Shown: piece after piece, positions 1 through 10,207 of the stretch
Layout of the letters: the number at the start of each line of letters is the position of its first letter
Numbering within the stretch: the stretch's first letter is position 1
Assembly: GCA_903837355.1 (NCBI GenBank)
Contig: CAILUI010000200.1
Location: forward strand, 2,311 to 66,310
Origin: an uncultured Victivallales bacterium
GTDB taxonomy: Bacteria; Verrucomicrobiota; Lentisphaeria; Oligosphaerales; JAFGRS01
DNA length: 64,000 bases
Reading direction: 5' to 3'
The notes under the pieces: model-generated
What the model saw: only the letters and a program-made list of their open reading frames with translations
What the model was told of the DNA's origin: nothing
Database searches by the model: none
Made by a program: the position numbers and the translations under genes

Positions 1-897
1 CCCTACAACTGGCAGAGCACGACCCCGATCTCGAAAGACTATGACAGCCGCGGCGACTCGCTGACCCGCCTGGCGGGTGAAGCGGGCCTCGAGGCCTCCA
101 CCAAGTTCCACCGCGTCTGGCCCACGGTGACCAACGAGACCCTGCGCATCGACGGCCTTCGGCATATCCTGCAGCCCTACGTCAACTACACCTTCGCCCC
201 GGATCCCAGTGAGGACCGTGAGCACATCTACTTCTTCGACGAGGTCGACCGCCTGACGGCACAGAACTTCGTCCGCGTCGGCGTCGATCAGCGCGTGCAG
301 ACGCGCCGTAAACAGCGCATCTACACCCTGGCGCGGATGCAGAGCTATGCAGATTTCCATTTCGACGACGCCAACAACAACGGCCAGGACTATGGCACTG
401 GCGCCGGCGACCTCGGCAACAAGATCGAGTTCACGCCCCACGACGCGCTCAAGGCCTGGGTGACCCTCGTTGCTGACCTCGACACGTTGGACATGCGCCG
501 CGCCGAGACCGGCCTGCTCGTCGGCCGCAAAGATGGCATCCGCTTCTCTCTGGCCTATGTCTATCGCGACTCCTACTACCCCCGCAGCACCTACTCGATG
601 GGCAGTTCCCTGGTCGATCTTACCGGCGAGCACGGCTATCTCGTCCGCGAGTACGGCGCCACGCAGTCGGCGGTCGGCGAAGTCTGGATCCCGCTGACCG
701 AGAAGCTGACCGGTCGCGTCCGCCTGGAGTACGACATCGAGGAGACCGAACTGGCCCGCCAGGTCTACGAACTCATCCGCGACATGCACTGCTGGATGGG
801 CTCCGTGGCCTTCTCCGAGGATAACGGCGACTACCGCATCATGCTGATGCTCTACCTGAAAGCCTACCCCAGCGTCAAGGTCGACGTCGGGAGCTGA
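1..897 (+). CDS. lptD: LPS-assembly outer-membrane beta-barrel LptD, C-terminal part (5'-truncated by window edge)
   Basis: Frame is open from base 1. Alternating beta-strand pattern, RHILQP motif and C-terminal DMHCW...LYLKAYP end typical of PVC LptD. Lies upstream of msbA. Confidence 0.7.
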   Translation, partial: PYNWQSTTPISKDYDSRGDSLTRLAGEAGLEASTKFHRVWPTVTNETLRIDGLRHILQPYVNYTFAPDPSEDREHIYFFDEVDRLTAQNFVRVGVDQRVQTRRKQRIYTLARMQSYADFHFDDANNNGQDYGTGAGDLGNKIEFTPHDALKAWVTLVADLDTLDMRRAETGLLVGRKDGIRFSLAYVYRDSYYPRSTYSMGSSLVDLTGEHGYLVREYGATQSAVGEVWIPLTEKLTGRVRLEYDIEETELARQVYELIRDMHCWMGSVAFSEDNGDYRIMLMLYLKAYPSVKVDVGS

Positions 898-909
898 GGA
901 CGCGAGACG

Positions 910-2031
910 ATGTCCGTTCCGTTGCTTGACCTGAAGGTCCAGTACGCCCCCATCCGCGACGAGATTCGCCGGGCCATCGACGAGGTTTGTGACGCCCAGG
1001 GGTTCATCCTCGGTCCCAAGGTGACCGAACTCGAACAGCGGATCGCGGCCTATTGCGAGGTGCCGGCGGCCTGCGGCGTGTCGTCGGGCTCTGACGCCCT
1101 GCTGCTTTGTCTGATGGCCGCCGGGATCGGTGCCGGGGATGAGGTCATCACGACGCCCTACACCTTCTTCGCCACGGCCGGCGTCATTCATCGCGTCGGG
1201 GCGCGCACGGTCTTCGTCGACATCGATCCGCTGACCTACAGCATCGACCCGGCGCAGATCGCCGCCAAGGTAACGCCGCGGACCAAGGCCATCATCCCGG
1301 TCCACCTCTATGGACAGTCTGCCGATATGGACCCGATCATGGCCGTGGCGCGCCAGCATGGCCTGCTGGTGATCGAGGATGCCGCGCAGGCCATTGGGGC
1401 TGAGTACAAGGGGCACCGCGTCTGCAGTTTCGGCGACTACGGCTGCCTGAGCTTCTTCCCCAGCAAGAACCTCGGGGGCTTCGGCGATGCCGGCATGGTC
1501 GTGACCCGCACTGCCTCCCGCCTCGAAACCTTGATGAAGTTCCGCAACCATGGCATGGCGCCAGCCTACTACCACGCCTACGTGGGCGGCAACTTCCGCC
1601 TCGATGCCCTGCAGGCGGCGGTGTTGCTGGTGAAACTCGCCTATCTCGACCAATGGACCGCGCAGCGGCAGGTGAACGCAGCGCGCTACCAGACGCTGTT
1701 CCAGGCCAGTTCCGTGGCGGGGCTGGTAGGCTTACCCGTAACCGCCTCGTGGGCCACCCGGCACGTCCAGAACCAGTATGTCATCCGCGTTCCCGCAGCG
1801 CGGCGGCAAGCCCTGTGGGACGGCCTCAAGGCAGCCCACATCGGCTGCAATGTCTACTATCCTGTGCCGCTGCATCTGCAGGAATGCTTCGCCCCGCTCG
1901 GCGGCCGGCCGGGGGACTTCCCGGAAAGCGAACGCGCGGCCCAGGAGACCCTGGCGCTGCCGATCTATCCTGAACTGACCGCGGCGCAGCAGCAGCTCGT
2001 GGTGGACACGGTCGCCGCGCTGCTTGCCTAG
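910..2031 (+). CDS. DegT/DnrJ/EryC1/StrS PLP-dependent sugar aminotransferase (WbpE/GnnB-like)
   Basis: Motifs IIPVHLYGQ, EDAAQAIG and SFFPSKNLGGFGDAG (PLP lysine). Confidence 0.92.
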   Translation: MSVPLLDLKVQYAPIRDEIRRAIDEVCDAQGFILGPKVTELEQRIAAYCEVPAACGVSSGSDALLLCLMAAGIGAGDEVITTPYTFFATAGVIHRVGARTVFVDIDPLTYSIDPAQIAAKVTPRTKAIIPVHLYGQSADMDPIMAVARQHGLLVIEDAAQAIGAEYKGHRVCSFGDYGCLSFFPSKNLGGFGDAGMVVTRTASRLETLMKFRNHGMAPAYYHAYVGGNFRLDALQAAVLLVKLAYLDQWTAQRQVNAARYQTLFQASSVAGLVGLPVTASWATRHVQNQYVIRVPAARRQALWDGLKAAHIGCNVYYPVPLHLQECFAPLGGRPGDFPESERAAQETLALPIYPELTAAQQQLVVDTVAALLA

Positions 2032-2047
2032 GGCCGGCCGTTCGTCT

Positions 2048-3979
2048 ATGGCCAAGAACAAGAGTAGTATCGCCGCGCTCTGGCGGTTGTTCTGGCGGTT
2101 TGGCCGGACCTACCGCGGTCATATCGCCATCGGCGTCCTGACCGGCATCCTGCTTGGCGGGGCCGTGCTCGGAATCCTCAAGTCCTCCGTCACCCTGCTC
2201 CAGCCGTTCGAACTCGGGACGCTCAGCACCAGCCGCGGGAGCCCGTCGGCTCCGACGCCGGCCCTGGCCCCGGCCGGCGACCCGAGCCCCGGCACCGGCA
2301 AGGCCTCCCGCAAGGCGGCCGCGACCGGCCCGGACTGGCTGGAGGACGGGCTCAAATGGGCCGAGCGTCTCGGCCTCGGTCACGTCGAGCGCGAGCAGAC
2401 CCGGAATCTGCGCCTCCTGTCCTTCGGTATCGTCCTGATACTGACCTTCGTCGTCCTCCGTCTCGTCGCCATTGTTCTGAACAACTACTGCCTACGCTGG
2501 CTGGGAGCGCGCATCGTCGTCGACCTCCGCACCGCCCTACTCGAGTCTCTGCACCGCCAGAGCCTCAGCTTCTTCGGTCGCCAGGACATTGGCCAACTCA
2601 TCAGCCGCTGCACCTACGACACGGCCCGCATCGAGGGGGGCATCGCCAACAGTATCGTCGATCTGTCGGGGGCTCCCTTCGTGATCGTGGCGACCCTCTT
2701 CTTCGGGGCCAGCTATGCCTACAAACATGATCTCGGGCGTATGGCCCTGTTCTTTGGCGTCGCGGCCCCGCTGGTCATCGTGCCGCTGCTCATCACCGGC
2801 CGCTGGGTCAAGCGCTACTCGCGCCAGGCCCTGCGTCGCGTCTCCATCCTGGTTTCCCTCTTCCAGGAGAATCTGACCTGCATCCGTGTGGTCAAGGCCT
2901 ACAACACCGAGGAGCAGGAACAGGCACGTTTCCGCCAGGACAGCGAAACCTACTTTCGGGCGGTGAAGAAGGCGATCGTCGCCGAGGTGCTGATGGGCCC
3001 CAGCCTCGAGTTGGCGGCGGCCTTCATCGTCTGTCTGTTCCTGGTGCTCTGTTACCTGCAGGGAACGCCGTTCGTGCGCATCGTCCCCATGGCCATGGCC
3101 GGCTACTTCATGTACAAACCGCTCAAGCAGTTGGCCAAGATCAACTCGGTCGTGCAGCGCACCGCCGCCGCCGCCGACCGGGTGCAGGAACTGCTGGATA
3201 CCGACACCAGCCTGCCCCTGCCGGCCTGCCCGGTCGTCATCCCGGCTTTCCGCGAGCGCGTCGTTTTCGAGCATGTCGACTTCCGCTACGACGCCGAGGG
3301 CAACCAGGTCCTCTACGACATCCAACTCGACGTCCCCCGCGGCAGCGTCATCGCGTTCGTCGGCGAGACCGGCTCCGGCAAGACGACCATCGTCAATCTG
3401 CTGGCGCGCTTCTATGATCCCACCACCGGCCGCATCCTGATCGATGGACACGACCTGCGCACCCTCGACGTCAAGTCCCTGCGCTCCCTGATCGGCTTCG
3501 TGACCCAGGAAACCCTGCTCTTCAACGACACCATCGCCCGAAACATCGCCTATGGCACCCCCGGAGCCACGCCCGCCCAGATCGAGGACGCGGCCCGCAA
3601 GGCCAACGCCCATGACTTCATCATCGCCGAAACCGAGGGCTACGAGCGCAATGTCGGCGACAAGGGCATGCTCCTCAGCGGCGGCCAACGCCAGCGTCTC
3701 GCGATCGCTCGCGCCATCCTCAAGAATCCCCCCATCCTCATCCTCGACGAAGCCACCAGCGCCCTGGATACGGCCACCGAGGTCCTCGTCCAGGACGCCA
3801 TCAACCGCGTCATGGTCGACCGTACCGTCTTCGCGATCGCGCACCGGCTCAGCACGGTCCGTCACGCCGACAGCATCTGCGTCCTGGACAAGGGGCGCAT
3901 TATCGAGCGCGGCACGCACGCGGGCCTCTATGCCCAGGGTGGCCGCTACCGTGACCTCTGCGACATGCAGTTTCGCTGA
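2048..3979 (+). CDS. msbA: ABC exporter, fused TMD+NBD, MsbA-like lipid A flippase
   Basis: About 6 TM segments, Walker A GETGSGKT, signature LSGGQRQR and Walker B ILILDEATS. Same operon as lptD. ATG at 2048 chosen as start. Confidence 0.75.
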   Translation: MAKNKSSIAALWRLFWRFGRTYRGHIAIGVLTGILLGGAVLGILKSSVTLLQPFELGTLSTSRGSPSAPTPALAPAGDPSPGTGKASRKAAATGPDWLEDGLKWAERLGLGHVEREQTRNLRLLSFGIVLILTFVVLRLVAIVLNNYCLRWLGARIVVDLRTALLESLHRQSLSFFGRQDIGQLISRCTYDTARIEGGIANSIVDLSGAPFVIVATLFFGASYAYKHDLGRMALFFGVAAPLVIVPLLITGRWVKRYSRQALRRVSILVSLFQENLTCIRVVKAYNTEEQEQARFRQDSETYFRAVKKAIVAEVLMGPSLELAAAFIVCLFLVLCYLQGTPFVRIVPMAMAGYFMYKPLKQLAKINSVVQRTAAAADRVQELLDTDTSLPLPACPVVIPAFRERVVFEHVDFRYDAEGNQVLYDIQLDVPRGSVIAFVGETGSGKTTIVNLLARFYDPTTGRILIDGHDLRTLDVKSLRSLIGFVTQETLLFNDTIARNIAYGTPGATPAQIEDAARKANAHDFIIAETEGYERNVGDKGMLLSGGQRQRLAIARAILKNPPILILDEATSALDTATEVLVQDAINRVMVDRTVFAIAHRLSTVRHADSICVLDKGRIIERGTHAGLYAQGGRYRDLCDMQFR

Positions 3980-4047
3980 GACGACACGGCCCGCTAGCGT
4001 GGCGTTGGCCAGCCGTTCAGAAACCCTGAAGCGGGAGGCTTTGAGAC

Positions 4048-6408
4048 ATGTCCGAACCTGCGACTGAAGCCCTCTGTCCACAGCGCTGGAGCCTCGACGG
4101 CACCTGGTCACTTGCCTTCGGCCTCGACGCCGCCCCGGCGCCGGCCGACCCGGCCGCCCTGGCCGGCTGCGGCTGGCCGGTCGTGCCCGCCGCCGTGCCC
4201 GGTAATGTCGAGTTGGACCTGGTGCGGGCCGGCCTGCTGGCGGAGCCCTTCTACGCCGCCAACATCGAAGCCCTGCGCCCCCTGGAGTTCAACCAGTGGT
4301 GGTACCGGCGTGAGTTCCCCAGCCCCGAATACCCGACCGGGCACGGCCTGGATCTCGTTTTCGAGGGCCTCGACTGCTTTGCCACCGTTTGGGTCAATGG
4401 GGTTCGCGTTGGTGACAGCGCCAACGCCATGGTGGCGCAGCGCTTTGCCGTCGGCGCGGCTCTCGCCCCCGCTGGCCAGCCCAACGAACTGGTGGTACGC
4501 CTGCGCTCCGCCGTCAACGCCGTGCGTGACATCCCGCTGGGGCCTCGTGACGCGGCGCAGACCCACGCCTACGACAGCCTCTGGGCTCGCAAGCCCGCCC
4601 ACGCTTACGGCTGGGACATTATGCCGCGGGCGGTCTCCGCCGGCCTCTGGCGCCCGGTCTACCTGGAGGAGCGCCGGCCCACCGAACTCACCGAGGTCTT
4701 CATCACCACGCGCTCCGCCGATGCCTCCCAGGCCCTGCTCGATGTCAATGCGCACTTCCGTACCGACACCGCGGTCCTCGACGGCTTCGAACTGCGGGTC
4801 ACGGGACGTTGCGGGGCCTCCGTCTTCGAGGCGCGTCAACCGCTCTATTTCACGGCCGCCAAGCTGTCCATCCACGTGCCTTCGCCCCGGCTCTGGTGGC
4901 CGCGCGGCTACGGCGCCGCCGACCTCTACGAAACCACCGTCGAACTCTGGCACCAGGGTCGCGCCGTCAGCCGCTGGACCTGCCGTCTCGGCATCCGCAC
5001 CGTTCGCCTCGACCGCACGCCCCTGTGCACGCCCGATCACCCCGGCCGCTTCCAGTTCTACATCAACGGCGAACGCATCTTCTGCAAAGGCTCGAACTGG
5101 GTGCCCGCCGACGCCTTCCACAGCCGCGACGCCGCCCGCATTCCCGACATGCTGGCGCTCTTTGCCGACATGGGCTGTAACATGGTCCGCTGCTGGGGGG
5201 GCAACGTCTACGAGCCGCATCTGTTCTACGATCTCTGCGACCGCGATGGCATCATGGTCTGGCAGGACTTCTCCATGGCCTGTGCCTCCTACCCGCAGGA
5301 AGCCGCCTTCCAGGACGCCCTGCGGCGCGAGGCAGACTGGGTGGTGCGCGAACTCCGCCAGCACGCCGCCATCGTGCTCTGGTCGGGCGATAACGAGTGC
5401 GATTGCGGCTACGTCGGCTGGTGGGGGGCGCCACTGGATCCGGCCCAGAACCGGCTCACGCGCCACGTCCTCCCCGAGGTCGTCAGCAGCCTCGACCCCA
5501 GCCGGCCCTACCTGCCCAGCTCGCCCTTCGTCTCCCCCGAGATGTTCGCCCGCGGCGGCGATCAGCACCTCGGCCCGGAACAGCACCTCTGGGGACCGCG
5601 GGACTACTACAAGAGCGATTACTACGCCCGCAACACCGCCTGCTTCGCCTCGGAGATGGGCTACCACGGCTGCCCCAACGTCGCCTCCATCCGCCGTTTC
5701 ATCAGCCCCGCCGCCGTCTGGCCCTGGCAGGACAACCACGAGTGGCTGGTCCACAGCACCGACCCCATGATCGGCATCTCGAGCATCCGCTACCGCATCC
5801 AGCTCATGGCCGACCAGCTCATGGAGGTCTTCGGACTTATCCCCGCCGACCTGGAGACCTTCACCCTGGCCTCGCAGATCGTTCAGGCCGAGGCCAAGAA
5901 GTTCTTCGTCGAGATCTTCCGCCAGCAGAAGTGGCGCACCAGCGGCATCCTCTGGTGGAATATGATCGACGGCTGGCCGCAGTTCTCCGATGCCGTCGTC
6001 GACTACTACTTCGGCCGCAAGCTCGCCTACCACTACCTCAAACGCGTCCACACCCCGGTCTGCATCATCGTCGGCGAACCGGAAAGCTGGAACTGCCGGG
6101 TCACGGCCTGCAATGACTCCCGTGAGCCGGTCCAGGGGCGCTTCAGCATCCGCGATGCTGACACCGGCGCCACCGTGCTCGCCGGCACGCTCGCGCTGCC
6201 CGCCAACGCCAATGCCGGCCTCGGTCACCTGCGCACGCCGCGCGGCGTGCAGAAGCTGTTCCTCATCGAGTGGGACGCCAACGGCGTCCACGGTGTCAAT
6301 CACTACCTGCTCGGTACCCCGCCCTTTGATCTGGAGAGCTACCGCCGCTGGCTGCCGCAGATCGCGGCGCTTGACGGCAGCTTCGATGCCGCCCAGGTCG
6401 GGCAGTAA
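4048..6408 (+). CDS. Glycoside hydrolase family 2, beta-mannosidase-like
   Basis: Motifs FEGLDCFA, RKPAHAYGWD, KGSNWVPAD, NMVRCWGG, WSGDNE (acid/base) and FASEMG (nucleophile). Confidence 0.9.
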   Translation: MSEPATEALCPQRWSLDGTWSLAFGLDAAPAPADPAALAGCGWPVVPAAVPGNVELDLVRAGLLAEPFYAANIEALRPLEFNQWWYRREFPSPEYPTGHGLDLVFEGLDCFATVWVNGVRVGDSANAMVAQRFAVGAALAPAGQPNELVVRLRSAVNAVRDIPLGPRDAAQTHAYDSLWARKPAHAYGWDIMPRAVSAGLWRPVYLEERRPTELTEVFITTRSADASQALLDVNAHFRTDTAVLDGFELRVTGRCGASVFEARQPLYFTAAKLSIHVPSPRLWWPRGYGAADLYETTVELWHQGRAVSRWTCRLGIRTVRLDRTPLCTPDHPGRFQFYINGERIFCKGSNWVPADAFHSRDAARIPDMLALFADMGCNMVRCWGGNVYEPHLFYDLCDRDGIMVWQDFSMACASYPQEAAFQDALRREADWVVRELRQHAAIVLWSGDNECDCGYVGWWGAPLDPAQNRLTRHVLPEVVSSLDPSRPYLPSSPFVSPEMFARGGDQHLGPEQHLWGPRDYYKSDYYARNTACFASEMGYHGCPNVASIRRFISPAAVWPWQDNHEWLVHSTDPMIGISSIRYRIQLMADQLMEVFGLIPADLETFTLASQIVQAEAKKFFVEIFRQQKWRTSGILWWNMIDGWPQFSDAVVDYYFGRKLAYHYLKRVHTPVCIIVGEPESWNCRVTACNDSREPVQGRFSIRDADTGATVLAGTLALPANANAGLGHLRTPRGVQKLFLIEWDANGVHGVNHYLLGTPPFDLESYRRWLPQIAALDGSFDAAQVGQ

Positions 6409-6438
6409 GGCTGTCGCCAGGGGCGCGGACTGGGCTGC

Positions 6439-6502
6439 TGGAGGGCAAGAGCAGGCCGCCGGGGCGGCCGCATCGCAGCCGCAGCCCTGCCGTCCGGCAG
6501 GG
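6439..6502 (+). repeat. Dispersed structured repeat (family H): TGGAGGGCAAGAGCAG-hairpin-ATCGCAGCCGCAG-hairpin
   Basis: The two blocks recur exactly on the minus strand at 42389-42404 and 42355-42367. The hairpin CCTGCC-GTCC-GGCAGG recurs at 10379, 31330 and 42371. Confidence 0.7.
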
Positions 6503-6590
6503 CTCCCAACCCGGCGCCGCGCCGCGGCGGCGGCGCTATAGTCTGGCAGTGGCGCCACCACGGCGCGCTGAAAACATAGGGAGCCCGATC

Positions 6591-7217
6591 ATGCAATCCC
6601 CGCCTACCGCCAGTGCCGCCGTACGTGGCCTGATCACGATCGCCGTGGCCCTCCTCTGTGCGGCCGGGATGCGCGCCGCCGAGGAGCCGGCCGCCCCGGC
6701 TGCCAGCGGGCCGTCCGCCAAGGCCCTGCTCGACGAGGCCCTCGCCGACTGGGATGATCCCGCGGCCAAGCAGGCCATCCTGCGCGAGATTCACGATGTC
6801 CTCCCCGCCCGTCTGACCGAACTGCAGGGGGTCGCCGAGCGCAACCATGACGCCGCCCTCGAGATGGCGGGACAGATGGTCGAGCAAGCCAACCGTCTGG
6901 TCGATCTCAAGAACGACGAGCCGCGCGAGTACGAGCGCGCGGTCCGTCTCTGCCGTCTCGAGGATGAATGCCTCGGCCTGGCCCAGAAGGCCCGCGCCGC
7001 CCAGGGCGCAGCACGCGAGCCCCTGGTGGCCAGCCTGAAGCAGAAGCTCAGCGAGGCCTTCGACGCCAAGCAGGATACCATGACTCGCCAGATCGCTGCC
7101 ATGGAGGCCGAACTCGACGAACTGCGCCGACGCGCCACCAAACGCAGCGAGAGCCGCGACGCGCTCATCGAACGTCGCGCCCTCGACCTGCTTGGCGACC
7201 GCGACGCGGAGTGGTAG
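6591..7217 (+). CDS. Hypothetical secreted helical/coiled-coil protein
   Basis: Signal-peptide-like N-terminus (…GMRA|AEE), then charged amphipathic helices. GGGAG RBS lies before ATG 6591. Confidence 0.7.
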   Translation: MQSPPTASAAVRGLITIAVALLCAAGMRAAEEPAAPAASGPSAKALLDEALADWDDPAAKQAILREIHDVLPARLTELQGVAERNHDAALEMAGQMVEQANRLVDLKNDEPREYERAVRLCRLEDECLGLAQKARAAQGAAREPLVASLKQKLSEAFDAKQDTMTRQIAAMEAELDELRRRATKRSESRDALIERRALDLLGDRDAEW

Positions 7218-7225
7218 GCCGCCGC

Positions 7226-9736
7226 CTAGATGAACAGCGTGGTGCTGCTGGCTCGGGCCATGGCTGCGAACTTGCCGACCCCGGCCAGTTCGTCCACCTC
7301 GTCCAGCAGTTCCTCGCGCTGCAGCCCCATCACGTCCATGGCCATGTCGCAGGCAACGAAGCGCACGCCCAGACTGCGGGCTTGGCGCATCAGTTCCGGT
7401 AGCGAGCTGACGTGCTTGCGGGCCATCACCTGCTTCATCATGTTCGTGCCCAGGCCGAGCATGTGCATCTTCGACAGGGCGAGCCGTCCGGCCCCGCGCG
7501 GCAGCATGAAGCCGAACATGGCGCTGATGACGTCCTTGATGGTATGCGGCGCGGGGTCCTTGCGCAGCACGCTCAGCCCCCAGAAGGTGAAGAACATGCT
7601 GACCTTGGTGCCCAGGCTGGCCATGCCGGTGGCGATGATGAAGGCGGCCATCACCTTGTCGAGGTCGTTGCTGAAGAGCACCACCGTGGCGCTGTCCGGA
7701 ACGCCCTGCACGGCGCCGGTGTTCAGGGCGCAGGCGGCACCCGGGGCGTTACCCTTACGCACCTGCGCCGCGAAGGACGTCGCCGCGCTGGACAGGGCCA
7801 CGATCTCATGGCCGCAACTGGCGCACCAGGCCTCCAGATCGTTGCGGAAGGCCAGCGCTCCCTGCACGGCCACCACCTCGCCGGCCTGCATGCTGTCGAT
7901 TTCCTGACGGACGCGTACGATCGGCCCCGGGCACTGCATCGCGGTCACGTCCAGGCGCCGTTCGGGTGCCGGCGGCGGCGTCGCGGCGACCGGGGCCACG
8001 GTCACGGGGAGGGCCTTCAGCGGAGCCGGGGCGGCCGGGGGCGCGGCCGGCGTGCTGGCGCTGCCGGGCGCGGCCTTCAGCGGGGCCGCCGGGGTCGCGG
8101 CGGGGCCGGGGTGGGTGTGCTTCCAGGTTACCCAGCCGCCGCTCAGGTTGGCGGCCTGGAAGCCATGCTGCTTGAGGATGCGTTCGGCGACGTAGCCGCG
8201 CAGGCCGACCTTGCAGTAGACCACGATCTGGCGGTCGCGCGGCAGTTCGCCGAGGCGCTGGCGCAACTGCCCCAGCGGGATCAGCCGGGCGTCCGGGATC
8301 AGGCCCAGGTCGGTCTCGGCCGGCTCGCGCACGTCCAGCAACAGCGCCCCCTTGGGCAGCGCGTCGGCATAGACCGCGTCGCTGTCGCCGCGCAGGAGAT
8401 TGGCGGCCACCATGCCGACGACGTTGATCGGCGACTTGGCTGAGCCGTAGGGTGGCGCATAGGCGAGTTCGAGTTCCGCCAAGTCGTAGACGGTCAGCCC
8501 GGCGCGCATCGCCGTGGCCAGCACATCGACCTGCTTCTCGACGTTCTTGCGGCCCACCACCTGGGCGCCCAGCAAGGTACCGTCATCACGGCACAGCAAT
8601 TTCATGTGCAGGACCTCCGCCCCGGGGTAGTAGGAAGCGTTGGACAGCGGGTGCACATAGACGCGGCGGAAGGGCGTCTTGGCCGCTGTCAAGGCCTCGG
8701 CTGTGCGGCCGACGCTGGCCGCGGTCAGGCCGAACACCTGCACCACGCTCGTCCCCAGCGTGCCCCGGTAGCGGCTGTCCCGTCCGCAGGCATTCTCGGC
8801 CGCGATGCGGCCTTGCCGGTTGGCCGGTCCGGCCAGGGGGATCAGCGTCGCCTCGCCGCTGACGACGTCGCGGACCGCGATGGCGTCGCCCACCGCCAGG
8901 ATGCTCGGATCGCTGCTGCGCAGGTGCTCGTCCACCGCAATGGCGCGTCCGGCGCTAAGGGTCAGCCCGGCGGCCGCCCCCAACTCGCTGTTGGGGCGCA
9001 CCCCCACGGCCATGATGACCACGTCGGTCTCCAGGCGCTCGCCGCCCTGCAGCGCGACGGTCAACGGCCCATTCGGCGCGACGCTCTCGATGGCCGTCGC
9101 CGCCTGGTTCAGGTGCAGCACGACGCCCTTGGCCGTCAGTTCCTGGTGCAGCGGCTGGGCCATCTCCGCGTCGAGGGTGCGCAGGACATGCGGCAGCACG
9201 TCGACCAGATGCACCTCCAGACCGCGCGCTCTGAGATTCTCCGCGACTTCGATGCCGATGAACCCGCCACCGATGACCGTGGCCCGCCGCACGCCCTGCC
9301 CCAGGCGCGCCAAAATGCGGTCCATGTCGCCGAGGGTCCACAGCGTGTGCACCCCCGGAGCGTCCGCACCGGGGATCGGTGGAATCACCGGCCGCGAGCC
9401 GGTCGCCAGAATCAGCGTGTCGTAACGCTCTTCATAGACCTCGCCGGTCTCCGCCTTCCTGACGACCACCGTCTTGCGGTCGCGGTGGATCGCGGTGACC
9501 TCCTGCCGGATACGCACGTCGACGCTGAAACGCGCCTTGAAGCGCTCCGGCGTCATGACCAGCAGGCTCTCGCGCTGCGGAATCACCCCGCTGAGGTGGT
9601 AGGGCAGGCCACAGTTGGCAAAGGAGATGAACTCGCCGCGCTCGAACATCACGATCTCGGCCTGCTCATCCAGCCGCCGGGCCCGTGCCGCCGCACTCGC
9701 CCCACCCGCTACACCGCCGACGATTACCAGCTTCAT
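7226..9736 (-). CDS. CoA-disulfide/persulfide reductase fused to rhodanese, TusA/SirA and DsrE2-like domains
   Basis: GGVAGG FAD motif, SFANCGLPY redox Cys, GGGFIG NAD motif, YAPPY, rhodanese YCKVGLRG, TusA CPGP, and DsrE2 FFTFWGL and ACDMAM. Confidence 0.9.
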   Translation of the reverse strand: MKLVIVGGVAGGASAAARARRLDEQAEIVMFERGEFISFANCGLPYHLSGVIPQRESLLVMTPERFKARFSVDVRIRQEVTAIHRDRKTVVVRKAETGEVYEERYDTLILATGSRPVIPPIPGADAPGVHTLWTLGDMDRILARLGQGVRRATVIGGGFIGIEVAENLRARGLEVHLVDVLPHVLRTLDAEMAQPLHQELTAKGVVLHLNQAATAIESVAPNGPLTVALQGGERLETDVVIMAVGVRPNSELGAAAGLTLSAGRAIAVDEHLRSSDPSILAVGDAIAVRDVVSGEATLIPLAGPANRQGRIAAENACGRDSRYRGTLGTSVVQVFGLTAASVGRTAEALTAAKTPFRRVYVHPLSNASYYPGAEVLHMKLLCRDDGTLLGAQVVGRKNVEKQVDVLATAMRAGLTVYDLAELELAYAPPYGSAKSPINVVGMVAANLLRGDSDAVYADALPKGALLLDVREPAETDLGLIPDARLIPLGQLRQRLGELPRDRQIVVYCKVGLRGYVAERILKQHGFQAANLSGGWVTWKHTHPGPAATPAAPLKAAPGSASTPAAPPAAPAPLKALPVTVAPVAATPPPAPERRLDVTAMQCPGPIVRVRQEIDSMQAGEVVAVQGALAFRNDLEAWCASCGHEIVALSSAATSFAAQVRKGNAPGAACALNTGAVQGVPDSATVVLFSNDLDKVMAAFIIATGMASLGTKVSMFFTFWGLSVLRKDPAPHTIKDVISAMFGFMLPRGAGRLALSKMHMLGLGTNMMKQVMARKHVSSLPELMRQARSLGVRFVACDMAMDVMGLQREELLDEVDELAGVGKFAAMARASSTTLFI

Positions 9737-9793
9737 CGCACCTTCCTCCTCGGTCTCAGCCGTACACTTCCGGCGCTTGTTACGCCACTCGTT

Positions 9794-10135
9794 TCAGCCG
9801 TTTTCACTCACGGTGCACTCCGCCTCGCTGGGCAGATGCAGCACGGTCAGCAGGTGGTTGCGCATGCACGAAAAGAGCTTCAGGAAGTCGGGATTGCGCA
9901 AGGCGCAGTACTTCACCGTGCCCTCCTTCCGCGTGCGGATCAGCCCATGCGCCTCCAGAATCCCCAACTGCTGCGACATCATGCTCTGGCTGCAGCCCAG
10001 CTTCGTGTAGAGTTGCGACACCGTCAACTCCCCCGAACGCAGGTGCTGCACTACCCCCAGGCGTAGCGGGTGCGCCAAGGCCCGTAAGACCCGCGCCGCG
10101 GGCTCCAACTGCGCGCTCGTCAACTCGTCCGCCAT
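9794..10135 (-). CDS. ArsR/SmtB family transcriptional regulator
   Basis: LRALAHPLRL...ELTVSQL...SQSMMSQQLGIL winged HTH with four Cys residues. Confidence 0.9.
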   Translation of the reverse strand: MADELTSAQLEPAARVLRALAHPLRLGVVQHLRSGELTVSQLYTKLGCSQSMMSQQLGILEAHGLIRTRKEGTVKYCALRNPDFLKLFSCMRNHLLTVLHLPSEAECTVSENG

Positions 10136-10162
10136 CGCTGTCGCCTCTCTGGGTCAGACCAT

Positions 10163-10207
10163 GAAACTACATAACATTATAATACAATGATATTCAGAAT
10201 ATGCAAT
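10163..10207 (-). promoter_or_regulatory. AT-rich promoter/operator of the ArsR-reductase operon
   Basis: AT-rich patch in GC-rich DNA directly upstream of arsR. Contains the palindrome ATATTC-A-GAATAT (10190-10202). Confidence 0.55.

Noticed and set aside
2537-6561. Long antisense ORFs (524 aa and 817 aa; similarly 14582-17230, 38736-40373, 49134-50864)
   Set aside because: Shadow ORFs opposite well-supported genes, expected in high-GC DNA, with no recognisable motifs.
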